Shown: piece after piece, positions 51,883-62,522 of the stretch
Layout of the letters: every line of letters begins with the position of its first letter
Numbering within the stretch: position 1 is the first letter of the stretch
Origin: Pseudomonadota bacterium
GTDB taxonomy: Bacteria; Myxococcota_A; UBA9042; GCA-2863065
DNA: 64,000 bases
Assembly: GCA_005776725.1 (NCBI GenBank)
Contig: SXOO01000280.1
Span: 7,425-71,424 of the forward strand
Reading direction: 5' to 3'
Program-made: the position numbers and the translations under genes
The notes under the pieces: model-generated
What the model was told of the DNA's origin: nothing
The model's input: only the letters and a program-made list of their open reading frames with translations
The model's database searches: none

Positions 51883-53645
51883 GTGGGAAGCGAGTGGTGC
51901 TGGGCTCCTGCGTGGGCGGCGGCCCGATGGAGCGGCTCGCGCGGCGGCTCGAGGAGCGCGGGATCGCGGCTCAGGTGGTGAGCCTCGACAGCCCGGAGTC
52001 GTGGCGCGCTCGAATGGGCACGCCGCGGGGGCGCCTCCTGGCGCGCGTCCGAGCCTTCGTGGGTACGCCCGTGGCCGCGGTACGGGCGGCGTTCGAGCGC
52101 GACGACCAGGTCCTGGTGCCCACCACCAACCCCTTCTTCCTGCCGGCCGTGCTGGTGGCGACCCGACCGCTCCACGGCCGTGCGGTGGTGCCGCTGATCT
52201 ACGATCTCTACCCGGACGCGCTCGAGGCTGGCGGCGTGGAGACCGGCCCCCTGGCCCGCGCGGCGGAGGCGCTGAACCGCTTCGTCTTCCGCAACGCAGA
52301 CGGCGTGGTGTTCATCGGCGAGAAGATGGCCGAGCACGCCCGGGCGCGTTACGGGGCACCGCGGCGCGACGCGGTCTTCGAGACGGGCGTCGACACGGCG
52401 GAGCTCAGGGCACCCAAGCGCGTCGAGTCGCCCCTCGAGACCTGGCTGGACGAGGCGCCGGACGCGCTCGTGCTCAGCTACGTGGGCAACCTCGGCCTCG
52501 TCCACGACGTGGACACGCTGGCCGGCGTTTTGAGCGGGATTGGGCGCTTCGGCGGACGGCTTCGCGTGGTCATCGCGGCCACCGGTCCGGGCCTCCCCGC
52601 GCTGGTCGCGGCCGCCGCGGACTCGCCCCACATCCGGCTCGAGCCTCCCCTCGACGACGCGGCGTGGGCGCGGCTGCTGGCGCGCTCGCACCTCAGCGTG
52701 GCCACGCTCAAGCCCGCCGCGTTTCGGACCTCGATCCCGTCGAAAGCCCTGTCTGCGATGGGCGCCGGGAGCGCGGTCCTGGCGCTCGCGCCGCTCGACT
52801 CCGATCTCGGGGCGTTGGTCGAGCGCCACGCGGCGGGCAAGGTCTTCGCCCCGGGTGACTCCGAGGCCGTGCTGGCGTGGCTGGCCGCGCTATCGAAGGA
52901 CGAGCTCGCCACGCTCCGAACGAACGCGCGACGCGCCGCGGAGGAGCACTACGACCTGGCCGTGCTCGCCGCGCGGTGGGAGCGCTTCCTCGGCGTCTGC
53001 GCGGAGCGGCGCGACGCCGACCCGGTCTACGACGCGCTCAAGCGGGCACTGGACGTGCTCGTCGCGGGCACGGCCACCCTCGCTCTGGCGCCGATCCTGG
53101 CGGCCACGGCCGCGGCGGTGGCCGTGAACCTCGGCCGGCCGGTGGTCTTCGAGCAAAGACGCCCGGGTCGAGGCGGTCGCGTGTTCCTCATTCGGAAGTT
53201 CCGCACGATGCGAGAGCCGCGCCCTCACGAGCTCGGCCCCGAGTTCGACGCCGCGCGGCTGACCCCTGTGGGCCGCGCGCTGCGAGCGGCCAGCCTCGAC
53301 GAGCTTCCCACGCTGCTGACCGTGCTCGCCGGGCACATGAGCCTCGTCGGTCCACGCCCGCTGTTGGAGCGGTACCTCCCCCGCTATACCCCGCGGCAGG
53401 CCAGGCGCCACGAGGTCCCACCCGGGGTCACCGGGTGGGCTCAGGCCAACGGCCGGAACGCCACCACCTGGGACGAGCGCTTCGAGCAAGACATCTTCTA
53501 CGTCGAGAACCGCTCCTTGTGGCTCGACCTCCGCGTGCTCGCCCGCACGGTACGCACGGTGCTCCGGCGCGACGGGATCAGCCAGTCCGGGCACGCCACC
53601 ATGCCCGAGTTCCTCGGGCCCGAGTCCCAGGGGGCAGCCGCATGA
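51873..53645 (+). CDS. bifunctional GT4-like glycosyltransferase fused to a C-terminal PglC-like (Bac_transf) phosphoglycosyltransferase domain
   Basis: ATG at 51873 overlaps the upstream stop. The C-terminal domain has KRALDVLVAG...RPVVFEQRRPGRGGRVFLIRKFRTM...SLDELPTLLTVLAGHMSLVGPRP...PGVTGWAQANGR. Confidence 0.7.
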   Translation: MEMSGKRVVLGSCVGGGPMERLARRLEERGIAAQVVSLDSPESWRARMGTPRGRLLARVRAFVGTPVAAVRAAFERDDQVLVPTTNPFFLPAVLVATRPLHGRAVVPLIYDLYPDALEAGGVETGPLARAAEALNRFVFRNADGVVFIGEKMAEHARARYGAPRRDAVFETGVDTAELRAPKRVESPLETWLDEAPDALVLSYVGNLGLVHDVDTLAGVLSGIGRFGGRLRVVIAATGPGLPALVAAAADSPHIRLEPPLDDAAWARLLARSHLSVATLKPAAFRTSIPSKALSAMGAGSAVLALAPLDSDLGALVERHAAGKVFAPGDSEAVLAWLAALSKDELATLRTNARRAAEEHYDLAVLAARWERFLGVCAERRDADPVYDALKRALDVLVAGTATLALAPILAATAAAVAVNLGRPVVFEQRRPGRGGRVFLIRKFRTMREPRPHELGPEFDAARLTPVGRALRAASLDELPTLLTVLAGHMSLVGPRPLLERYLPRYTPRQARRHEVPPGVTGWAQANGRNATTWDERFEQDIFYVENRSLWLDLRVLARTVRTVLRRDGISQSGHATMPEFLGPESQGAAA

Positions 53646-55978
53646 CGGAGCCGACAGACGAGAGCGACGCCCACGCCGACCTGGGCCTGGGCGCACCTCG
53701 CCCAGCGAGCCACTCGTCGAGCTGGGAGCCGCACGGGCCGAGCGTGCCGAGCCGGTGGCCAGGGCGTGTGACGATCGCGCGCCGCGCGGCGTTCGCCGTC
53801 ATCCTGGCGGTGCTGGGGATCACGGCGCTCGCGTTCGGCGGTGTGTTCACCGAGGCCATCACGGGCGCCGCCGTGGCTTGCCTCCTGGCGTTGGCCCTGG
53901 TCGCGTTCAGCTCGAGCCGGCCCACCGTCGACTCGTTCGGCGTCCTCCTCCTGGGCCTCACCGCCGCGACCTCCCTGCAGCTGATGCCGCTCCCCGTGGG
54001 GCTGGTCACCTCGCTGGCTCCCAAGACCGCGGAGCTCCGCCTCCGCGCGGCCGAAGCGCTGGGCGAGGCCGCGCCGACACGGTTGCCGCTGTCGCTGGAC
54101 CCCTCCTCCACCGCCATCATGCTGGCGTGGATGCTGGCTGTGACCGCCACGTACCTCACGGTCCGGAAGCTGGCGGAGCGCGAGCGCGACCGGCTGCGGC
54201 TGGTCCTGGCGATCCCCGTGCTCGGCCTCATCGTGGTGGCGATCGGGCTGATCCACGCGGCGCTGGGCCTCGAGCGAATCTACGGACTCCACGAGGTCCC
54301 CGCGGGTGCCTCGAGGACGGTCACGGGGGCGCTGTTCCTCGCCAGCTTCATCAATCCCAACCACCTCGCCGCGTTCATCGCGCTGGGAGCGCCGATCTGC
54401 GTCTCGGTCGCCGGGGCGCGCGGCACCGCCCCACGAGCCAAGGTGTTGCTCGCGGTGGCCGCGGTGGTCCTCCTCGTGGGCGTGGTCCTCACCGGCTCTC
54501 GGGCCGGCGCCGTGAGCGCAGCACTGGCGACGGGGCTGGCCGCGATCTCGCGAGATCGGGGCGCGACCCGCACCGTGCTCCTCGGTGGCCTCGGCCTCCT
54601 GGTGTTCCTGGTGGCCGCCACGCCGCTCAGCGACCAGCTCGCCCAGCTGCCCGGTCTGGACCGGTTGTTCGAGGCCACGGACCGCGGGGTCCGTAGCCTC
54701 GGCGTCGAGACCATCCGCACCTGGCCCCTCACCGGCGTGGGCCGCGGCGCCTTCCCTGCCGCCCAGACGGTGCTGAACTCGGGGCTCTCCGGATTCACCG
54801 TGACCCACGCCCACAACACGCCAGTCCAGATGATCGCCGACTACGGCATCCTGGTCGGCGGAGCCGCGGTGATCCTGTTCACGGTGCTCATGGCCAAAGG
54901 CGCGTATCAGGTGCTCGGCTCGCCCGTCGCCCGGGGAGCCGCGCTGTCCCTGGCCGGCCTGGCGCTCCACAACCTCGTCGACTTCAGCCTCGACATCCTC
55001 GCCGTAGCGCTCGCGGCGTCCGTGCTCTGCGCCGTGGTGCGCCTCGGCGCCGCTACGACGTCACACGAACCGGCGCGACGCACGATCGCGATCCCCGGGC
55101 GCTGGCTCGGGGCCACGGCCCTGCTCATGGCCGCCGGTGTTGCCGCGCTCGCGGGCAGGATCGGCCCCGAGGCGGGCCCGCGGAGAGACGCCCGGTTCAC
55201 CGAGGCCCCGCTCGAGTCCGCGCGCACCTACCCGGTGGACGCGTACGCGTTCTTCTCGGCCGGGGTGGCGCTACGGAGCGTGCCGCTCCTCGAGCACGCG
55301 CATCACCTGGCGCCTTTCGAGCCGAGGCTGCCGCTCGCCCTCGCGGCGCTCTCCACCGGCGAGGCGCGCTTCGAGCGCATCCGCGACGCGCTTGCGCTCC
55401 CGGGCGCCTACCGGGTGCGCGTGCAGGCGTTCGACCTGCTGCAGCGCTCGGCCCGCTCCGGGGCCGAACTGACGCGCGCGCTGCCCGATGGCCCGCACGC
55501 GGCGGCCTACCTCGCCTGGCTTCGCCCACCGAACCCGTCGGTGACCGCGGCGGTGCTCGCGGGCTTCCCCGACGCGCCTGAGGTCCTCGAGCACGTCGCA
55601 CGGGAGCGGAAGAACGCCAAGGACTGGGCAGGCCTCGAGGACGTGGCCACGCGCCTCATGGCCCTGGAGGCGCCCTCCGGGTTCAGGATGATGGCCGAGG
55701 TGTACCGGCAGCGCGGCAAGGCGTATCAGGCGGTGCAGCTCTTCGCGATGGCCGGCGACGGCGAGTCGGTGCTGGAGGGCGCCGAGCTCGCGCTGGTGTC
55801 CGGCGACCCCGACAAGGCACTCGACGTGCTCGCGGGCGCCAAGGTGCCGGCCCACTCGCTGAAGCGCGTACGAGCGCTGGAGATTCGTGCGCGGGAGGCG
55901 ATCGTGCTGGGCCAGCGCGGCAACCTCAGAGCGCGGTTCGACGAGGAGAACCCCGCACCGAAGGAGGTCCCCCGATGA
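53642..55978 (+). CDS. O-antigen ligase / Wzy-like polymerase family membrane protein with a soluble C-terminal domain
   Basis: ATGA overlap. Polytopic membrane protein containing LTGSRAG...HAHN. Confidence 0.65.
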   Translation: MTEPTDESDAHADLGLGAPRPASHSSSWEPHGPSVPSRWPGRVTIARRAAFAVILAVLGITALAFGGVFTEAITGAAVACLLALALVAFSSSRPTVDSFGVLLLGLTAATSLQLMPLPVGLVTSLAPKTAELRLRAAEALGEAAPTRLPLSLDPSSTAIMLAWMLAVTATYLTVRKLAERERDRLRLVLAIPVLGLIVVAIGLIHAALGLERIYGLHEVPAGASRTVTGALFLASFINPNHLAAFIALGAPICVSVAGARGTAPRAKVLLAVAAVVLLVGVVLTGSRAGAVSAALATGLAAISRDRGATRTVLLGGLGLLVFLVAATPLSDQLAQLPGLDRLFEATDRGVRSLGVETIRTWPLTGVGRGAFPAAQTVLNSGLSGFTVTHAHNTPVQMIADYGILVGGAAVILFTVLMAKGAYQVLGSPVARGAALSLAGLALHNLVDFSLDILAVALAASVLCAVVRLGAATTSHEPARRTIAIPGRWLGATALLMAAGVAALAGRIGPEAGPRRDARFTEAPLESARTYPVDAYAFFSAGVALRSVPLLEHAHHLAPFEPRLPLALAALSTGEARFERIRDALALPGAYRVRVQAFDLLQRSARSGAELTRALPDGPHAAAYLAWLRPPNPSVTAAVLAGFPDAPEVLEHVARERKNAKDWAGLEDVATRLMALEAPSGFRMMAEVYRQRGKAYQAVQLFAMAGDGESVLEGAELALVSGDPDKALDVLAGAKVPAHSLKRVRALEIRAREAIVLGQRGNLRARFDEENPAPKEVPR

Positions 55979-56685
55979 TGGACGTCGTCATCCTGGCAGG
56001 CGGTAAGGGCTCACGCCTCGCCGAGCTCACCGTCGAGACCCCGAAGGGCCTGGCGCCGATCGGGGATCGCCCAATCCTCTCCCACATCATGGGGCTGTTC
56101 TCCCGCCGGGGGCACCGCCGCTTCATTCTGTGCGTCGGCTACCAGGGCGCCAAGATCGCCGAGTGGTACGCCGCCCACGCAGAGCCCGGCTGGACGGTAA
56201 TCACGAGCGATCTCGGGGTGGACGCCACGAAGAGCGCACGCGTGGCGGCCGCGCTGGAGCACGTGCAGTCCGACCGGTTCTGGCTCTCTTACGGCGACGA
56301 CCTGTCGGATGTGGACCTGGACGCGGTGGACGCGCAGGCGCGCGCCACCAACTCGGTCGTCACGCTCACCGCCATTCAACCGGCGTCTCCGTTCGGCGTC
56401 ATGGACCTGGCCGCGTCGGGTGACGTGACCGGCTTCCGCGAGAAGTGCCGGATGACCGACTGGATCAACGGCGGCTTCATGTCCGTGTCTCGCGACCTCG
56501 CCCGCTGGCTGCCGCGCGGTGAGCTGGAGCAGGAGGTCTTCCTCGCCCTCGTCGCGGAGCGGCGCATCAACGCCTACAAGCACCACGGCTTCTGGAAGGC
56601 GATGAACACCCACAAAGACTACCTGGAGCTGCGCGAGCTCGCGGGCTCGGGCGAGCTGCTGCGGCAGCTGGGCGCCACGCCCTGA
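55975..56685 (+). CDS. rfbF: glucose-1-phosphate cytidylyltransferase-like sugar nucleotidyltransferase
   Basis: SD aaggagg. MMDVVILAGGKGSRLAELTVETPKGLAPIGDRPIL...ILCVGYQG. Confidence 0.7.
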   Translation: MMDVVILAGGKGSRLAELTVETPKGLAPIGDRPILSHIMGLFSRRGHRRFILCVGYQGAKIAEWYAAHAEPGWTVITSDLGVDATKSARVAAALEHVQSDRFWLSYGDDLSDVDLDAVDAQARATNSVVTLTAIQPASPFGVMDLAASGDVTGFREKCRMTDWINGGFMSVSRDLARWLPRGELEQEVFLALVAERRINAYKHHGFWKAMNTHKDYLELRELAGSGELLRQLGATP

Positions 56686-56847
56686 CGGCTCCCTCCTGAC
56701 AGCTTCTGGCAGGAGGCCGTCCAGGTTTCGGCCCCTGGCCCTTGCGCCCACCCTCGTAGCGAGCTTGACTGCGCGCATCACAAAGTCCCCCGGTCCGAGA
56801 GGCCGGTCCAGAGCCCGACGCTCGTCGCGCATCCAAGGAGCTCCACT

Positions 56848-57219
56848 ATGTCCGATACCAGCGCCATCGCCGCTCAGCTCGTCGCCCTCTGCCGCCAGGG
56901 GCAGAACCTCACGGCCATCGAAACGCTGTACGCGCCCAACATCGTCTCCGTCGAGGCCATGGACATGGCGGGGATGCCGCGGGTGATGGAGGGCGTCGAG
57001 GCCATCAAGGGCAAGAACATCTGGTGGAGCGAGAACCACACGATCCACGCTGCCAACGTCGATGGCCCCTTCGGCCACGCGCCCGACCGGTTCGCCGTGC
57101 TGTTCGACTACGACATCACCAACAAGCTGTCCGGTGAGCGCCAGCAGATGAAGGAGGTCGGCCTCTTCACGGTGAAGGCCGGGAAGATCGTCCGCGAGGA
57201 GTTCTTCTACGGGCCGTGA
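56848..57219 (+). CDS. NTF2-like / SnoaL-like small protein
   Basis: SD aaggag. Size and the conserved W/Y/F pattern fit the nuclear-transport-factor-2 fold. Confidence 0.5.
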   Translation: MSDTSAIAAQLVALCRQGQNLTAIETLYAPNIVSVEAMDMAGMPRVMEGVEAIKGKNIWWSENHTIHAANVDGPFGHAPDRFAVLFDYDITNKLSGERQQMKEVGLFTVKAGKIVREEFFYGP

Positions 57220-57468
57220 TCTCAGTCAGCGCACGGCGGCGCGGTGCGCGTCGCCGCGCCAGACGTGAGGGGCGAGCAGACGCTTGGCTCGACCTCGGCG
57301 GGTGCCTTGAGATAGACTCCCGCCGCCCGTTCCGCCGCCCCAAAAGCTGTGTGGACGGGCGAGATCACAGCCGGGTCCGCTCCAGCATGGTCGGTCGCCG
57401 GCGTGGTCGCTTCAGGCGACCACATGCCATGCGGTGCGTGCCCGCACCGTCGACTCAGGGAGCGGACG

Positions 57469-59361
57469 ATGCGGTTTACGTGGGCCTTCGGTACGTTGGC
57501 GGTGTTCCTGTCCAGCGGGTGTGGCGGCGACCTCTCCGAGGGCCTGCGGCCCGAGTTCCTGGCCTTCATCGCCGGAGAGCCGGTGCCGGCAACGGCCACG
57601 GACGGGCTTCACGCCCGTTACGAGTTCACCCGGCTCACTCCCGGGAACGGCTCCACGGCGCGCGCCCGGGTCAACCTCCTGAACAACGGTGGGGAGCCGC
57701 TGCGGATCACCCGCGTCCTGCTCGAGCCGACCAATGTCGACGGCACGCCCAAGAGCCCATGGATCGTCCTCGACTGGGGTGCCCTGGATCCCTCCCTGCT
57801 CTTCTGCACCACCGCAGACCTCTCCTCGTGTGGCTACGTGCTCGAGAGCGGGAAGAACCTCGAGTTCGAGGTCACCTACTCGCCCGGGGACGCGTGCTCG
57901 GCCGCGGGGGACTGCGAGGACCAAGCCACGCTGCTGGTCTCGCATACCGAAGCAGGGAGCCCCACGCGCATGGAGTTCGGCCCGCCCAAGTGCAGCCGCC
58001 TCCCGCGCGTAACGCCCCCCACGGACACCTTCTTCAACGCCTCGATCGCGAAGCCTGAGCGCAAGACGTTCACGATCACCAACACCGGCTCCTGCGGCTG
58101 CGCGGTCAACGACGTGGCGTTCAACACGGCCACGAGCAAGTTCCAGATCAGCCGGGCGTGGACCAATGGGACCGAGCTCGGCCCCGACGACGAGCTGACC
58201 TTCGAGGTCACGTACACGCCCACCGAGTCCGGCGCCGCGGACTCCGTCAACGTCGCCGTCTCGTTCGACTGCACGCAGACCCCGATCGTGGTGAAGCTCG
58301 ACTCGAAGTTCGAGACCGGCACCTACGAGATCACGTACGACAACAAAGAGAACGGCTTCCTAGACTTCACGCAGGTCTCCGAGGGCTGCGCCGAGAAGGT
58401 GGTCTCGCTCTACAACGTGGGCCCCTCCAGCATGCAGGTCCAGGGCTGGGCCGTGCCCGAAGACACGGAAGGCAAGTTCTACACGCTCAGCTGCCAGCTC
58501 CCGCCCGCCCAGGAGGGCGCCAACGCGACGCCGGTGCCCAAGCCGCCCGCCGGACTCGCAGCGGGTCGGACGCTCGAGTGCACCGTGAAGTACTGCGCCG
58601 CTACGCTGGCCGGGAAGAACGCCACCGTGGTCTTCACCTACGCCAACCCGGCGCAGGGCACCATCGAGGTGCCGGCGTTCGGGGGGCAGCCGAAGTCCTG
58701 CTTCGAGTACGCGCCCGGCGACGCCGCCAGCGACACGCCGCTCACGTTCTACTCCACCGGTAAGGGGGAGGCCGACAAGTCCCGGTTCGTGGTCTACAAC
58801 TGCGGCAACGCCGAGCTCACCGTGAACGCGGTGCGCATCGAGGACGCCTTCCTCCCCGGCAACCCGTCCAAGTATTTCCAAGTTCTCGAGGCGCCCGCTT
58901 TCCCCTTGGTGCTGCCCGTCGGCGGCCTCCAGCAGATCGAGGTGGAGATGGTGGTCGACGACGAGTCTCCGTCGGTCGATGGCACCCTGTACGTCGACTA
59001 CCTCGATCCCCAGGGCACGCCGGTCACCAGCTTCGGCCGCGCGCTGACGGGCGTCGTCGCCCCCACGGTCGAGCCGCCCATCGCGGTGCTCGAGCTCGTC
59101 GGGGAGGCCAAGTTGGGCGCGTCGTTCACGCTCACCGGACAGAACAGCTCGGGATCCATCGACGACAACGGATACCTCTTCTACCTGCTCGAGAAACCCG
59201 CAGGGAGCGGTGTCGTCGTCAACGGCGCGCCCGCCGCGGCCGCGGTAAACGTCACGCCGGACGTGGCTGGAAAGTACCGCTTCGCCCTCCTCGTCTTCTC
59301 CGACACGGACCCCTTCTACTACAGCCACGAGGCGACGCTCGACGTCGACGTCGCGCCCTAA
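57469..59361 (+). CDS. lipoprotein with repeated Ig-like (choice-of-anchor/ASH-like) beta-sandwich domains
   Basis: Signal plus lipobox FLSSGC. Repeated segments of the form ...FEVTY(S/T)P.... Confidence 0.55.
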   Translation: MRFTWAFGTLAVFLSSGCGGDLSEGLRPEFLAFIAGEPVPATATDGLHARYEFTRLTPGNGSTARARVNLLNNGGEPLRITRVLLEPTNVDGTPKSPWIVLDWGALDPSLLFCTTADLSSCGYVLESGKNLEFEVTYSPGDACSAAGDCEDQATLLVSHTEAGSPTRMEFGPPKCSRLPRVTPPTDTFFNASIAKPERKTFTITNTGSCGCAVNDVAFNTATSKFQISRAWTNGTELGPDDELTFEVTYTPTESGAADSVNVAVSFDCTQTPIVVKLDSKFETGTYEITYDNKENGFLDFTQVSEGCAEKVVSLYNVGPSSMQVQGWAVPEDTEGKFYTLSCQLPPAQEGANATPVPKPPAGLAAGRTLECTVKYCAATLAGKNATVVFTYANPAQGTIEVPAFGGQPKSCFEYAPGDAASDTPLTFYSTGKGEADKSRFVVYNCGNAELTVNAVRIEDAFLPGNPSKYFQVLEAPAFPLVLPVGGLQQIEVEMVVDDESPSVDGTLYVDYLDPQGTPVTSFGRALTGVVAPTVEPPIAVLELVGEAKLGASFTLTGQNSSGSIDDNGYLFYLLEKPAGSGVVVNGAPAAAAVNVTPDVAGKYRFALLVFSDTDPFYYSHEATLDVDVAP

Positions 59362-59370
59362 GGCCCGCCA

Positions 59371-60909
59371 GTGAAACGAAACGTTCGAACCGCCTTACTC
59401 GCCGCCGCTCTCACCCTCGGCGCCGGGTGCAAGAAGCCCTCGGTGGGGGACGTCGAGTCCTGGATCAGCGCCGGCCAGTTCTCGAAGGTCACGGAGTTCG
59501 TCGTCAACCTCGAGACACCGCTCGCCGAGCGGGTCGCGGCGATCGAGAAGCTGGTCGAGTTCGGTCAGACCACCGAGTTTCAGGTGGTGCTGGGCGAGCT
59601 CAAAGACCGCGACGCCGTCACGGCGGCGGTCAAGGAGGTGCTCCTGAAGCGCCTCGAGACCGACGACAAGCGCGCCGAGATCAAAGCCAAGGACGCGCTG
59701 TTCGTGCTCTTGCCTTACGTGGAGGAGAAGGAGCGCGACCTGGTGCTCGGCGCCGTTGCCGCCTGGGCGCTGGGAGGCCTGGACGCCAACACGCCGCGGG
59801 CGGCGCTCATCAAGCGCGTGGAAGACCTCCAGCTGCCAGGGCAAATCCAGCAACTGGGCCATCACGGCGTTCCGGTGGCTTCGTGGCTCATCGCGCACGG
59901 CGTGGAGACCAACTCGCTCACGCCTTTCCTGGCGGAGACCGCCACCACCCCCGAGCTGCAGCGCACGGTGCTGGATGGTATCCGGCGCCTCTTCGCGCTC
60001 CCTGATCTCGAGCCCCCTTGGGGCGTGCTGGACGCGGCGCGCCGCTTCCCGTTGCCCGAGACCGTCGACTTCCTCGTCTCGGTGTACCTCAACGAGAACT
60101 TCGACGGAGCCGCGCGCTCGTCCGCCCTGGGCGCGGCGCAAGACCTGCTGGATGGCCGGGGCGCCGACGACAAGAAGCTCCCGAGCATCACCGACACCAG
60201 GGAGAAGAAAGCGGTTGTCCTGGGCGCGCTGAAGCGCCTCATGGCCTCACCGCTCGCCACCGACCGCTGGGACGCGGCCACGATGATGCTCGGGGTCGAC
60301 GGAACGCAGGCGCTCGACGCGGCGCTCGACGGGCTCAGGGCCGACATCACGCTCTACTCGTGGCAGCTGCCCAACGACGACGTCTACCTCCCCGACTACG
60401 CGGTGGCCGAGGTCTGCAAGCGGTGGATCGAGCCCCACAAGGACGCGGCGCGCCCTATCCTCGAGAGCTGGTTGGTGAAGGGCGATCGGATGCAGAAGTC
60501 GGTCACCGCGCTCTGCCTCAAGCGCGTGGGCAACGCCGACTCCGCGACGAAGCTGCTCGCGCTGGCCACCGACACCACCTCCGTCGAGGAGCTGTTCTTC
60601 CCGGGTGGCAACGAGTCGCGGCGTGAGGCCATCGCCGCCGGGACGATCACGGCGCTCACCGTAGGCAGCCTGGCCCAGAACGCCGCCGAGTCGCTGCTAC
60701 TCCTCGCGGACGTCGCCGCCGCGGAGCAAGCGAAGACGCTCACCCCCGAGAACGCAGCTCAGCGCCGCGAGGCGATCCAGAGGGTCTTCGCCTACACCGG
60801 CGACCACCTCAAGGCCGCCGTCGAGCGCGTGGCCACGCAGGGCGTGAACGCCGCAGACGCCAACGACGCACCGGCCCTGCCGCCGGCCCCCACGCCGCCC
60901 AAACCGTGA
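59371..60909 (+). CDS. hypothetical alpha-helical lipoprotein
   Basis: Signal plus lipobox LGAGC. Helical repeats. Confidence 0.55.
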   Translation: MKRNVRTALLAAALTLGAGCKKPSVGDVESWISAGQFSKVTEFVVNLETPLAERVAAIEKLVEFGQTTEFQVVLGELKDRDAVTAAVKEVLLKRLETDDKRAEIKAKDALFVLLPYVEEKERDLVLGAVAAWALGGLDANTPRAALIKRVEDLQLPGQIQQLGHHGVPVASWLIAHGVETNSLTPFLAETATTPELQRTVLDGIRRLFALPDLEPPWGVLDAARRFPLPETVDFLVSVYLNENFDGAARSSALGAAQDLLDGRGADDKKLPSITDTREKKAVVLGALKRLMASPLATDRWDAATMMLGVDGTQALDAALDGLRADITLYSWQLPNDDVYLPDYAVAEVCKRWIEPHKDAARPILESWLVKGDRMQKSVTALCLKRVGNADSATKLLALATDTTSVEELFFPGGNESRREAIAAGTITALTVGSLAQNAAESLLLLADVAAAEQAKTLTPENAAQRREAIQRVFAYTGDHLKAAVERVATQGVNAADANDAPALPPAPTPPKP

Positions 60910-62522
60910 GTCGCGATGTCGCGGTCGCGGCCGGCCGTGGCTTCCTGGTCATCCTCGCGTCCAAGATCTACTTCATCCTCACCTCGGCGGTCCTGGGGCT
61001 GGGACTCCCCCGCCTCTTCGGGGACCCGGCGGCGTTCGGGCGCTACCGCACGGTCAACGGCTTCGCGACGCTCGCGAACATGGTCCTGATCACGGCCGCC
61101 ATCCAGACGGCCGCGCGGGTCGTGGCCGATCCGGCCGCGGCCCGAGGGGGCCTTCGAGCGGTAACGCTCTTGGCAGGCGGCCTCGGTGTGGTCTGGGCTA
61201 CGGCCGTCAGCCTCTGGGCGGAGCCGCTGGCCGGCCTCCTGTTCGCCGATCCCAGCTTCGCCCCCTGGCTTCGCCTGGCGGCACTCATCGCGCTCGGCTA
61301 CTCGTTCTACGGCGTCCTCGTGGGTCGCCTCAACGGGGCGCGCCGCTTCGTAGAGCAGGCCGGCCTCGACATCGTCTTCTCCACGGCCAAGGTGGCGCTG
61401 GTCCTCGGCGCCGTCGCGCTCGGTTACGGCGTCTCGGGCGGCCTCACGGGTTTCCTGGCCGCTACGCTCCTCGCCATTGGCGTCGCCGCCATCTTCGTGT
61501 CGCGAGGCCGCGAGGCCGCGCCCGACGAGGCCGCGCGGCCTCGCGACACGGCGCCCTCCGTCGCGGGGCTGTTCCTCCCTCTCCTCGGGACGCAGCTCCT
61601 GCTCAACCTGCTGCTCCAGCTGGACGGGATCGCGGTGAAGGGCCTGCTCACGTCGCCGCTCGAGGCCATGCCCGCAGCGGCTCGCGCCGAGCTCGGCGCC
61701 GCGCTGGGTGCCCTCGAAGGCGAGGCCCTCGCTGGGGCCGCGCTGGCCGACCGCCTCGCCGGGCTGTACGGCGCGGCGCGCAACGTGGGGCTCCTGCCCT
61801 ACCAGGCCACCTTCGCGCTCACCCTGGTGGTGTTCCCCATCCTCAGCGACCCGCGCCTCCGCGCGGCGGGGGGAGATGCCGCCACCGCGATCCGCGGCGC
61901 GCTGCGCTTCACGGCCCTCGCGGGGGGGGCCTTCGTGGCCACGCTCTCGGGCGCGGCGCCGGCGCTCACGCGGGCGCTGTTCGGAGACGCCTACGCCGCC
62001 TCCAGCACCGCGCTGGCCGTGCTCGTCATCGGGGGGGCGCTGCTCAGCGTCTTCGTGCTGCTCACCACGATCCTGTCCGCCACCGGCAACGAGGGACGCG
62101 GGCTGCTCACCATGGCGCTGAGCAGCGCGACAGCCGCCGTGGCCCTCGCCCTCGCACTTCGCTCCCCCGAGCCGCAGGCCCTGGTGGCGCTGGGCCCCGA
62201 GGCCCTGCTGTTGCGCGCCGCCCTCGTGACCACCGGCGCCGCCGCGCTGGGCTGCGTGGCTGCGGGCTTCGCGCTCTCTCGCGCCGTCCCCGGATGTCTG
62301 CCGTTGGCCAACGGGCTCCGGCTGGTGGTCGCCGCTGGTGCCGGCGCCGCCGCTGCAGTCCTGGTCCCAGCCGGCACTACGGGCTTCGGCCCGCTCGTCA
62401 TTCGCGCGGCCGTGGGGGGCCTCGCCTACGGGGCTACCCTGCTCGTCACGCGGGAGCTGGGTCGCGACGACCTCGAGCTCCTCAAGCGCCTTCTTCGTCG
62501 GCAACGCCGGGAGTCCACCTGA
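60906..62522 (+). CDS. polysaccharide biosynthesis protein / Wzx-like flippase (MOP superfamily)
   Basis: GTG overlaps the upstream stop (GTGA). At least 12 TM helices. Confidence 0.6.
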   Translation: MSRDVAVAAGRGFLVILASKIYFILTSAVLGLGLPRLFGDPAAFGRYRTVNGFATLANMVLITAAIQTAARVVADPAAARGGLRAVTLLAGGLGVVWATAVSLWAEPLAGLLFADPSFAPWLRLAALIALGYSFYGVLVGRLNGARRFVEQAGLDIVFSTAKVALVLGAVALGYGVSGGLTGFLAATLLAIGVAAIFVSRGREAAPDEAARPRDTAPSVAGLFLPLLGTQLLLNLLLQLDGIAVKGLLTSPLEAMPAAARAELGAALGALEGEALAGAALADRLAGLYGAARNVGLLPYQATFALTLVVFPILSDPRLRAAGGDAATAIRGALRFTALAGGAFVATLSGAAPALTRALFGDAYAASSTALAVLVIGGALLSVFVLLTTILSATGNEGRGLLTMALSSATAAVALALALRSPEPQALVALGPEALLLRAALVTTGAAALGCVAAGFALSRAVPGCLPLANGLRLVVAAGAGAAAAVLVPAGTTGFGPLVIRAAVGGLAYGATLLVTRELGRDDLELLKRLLRRQRREST

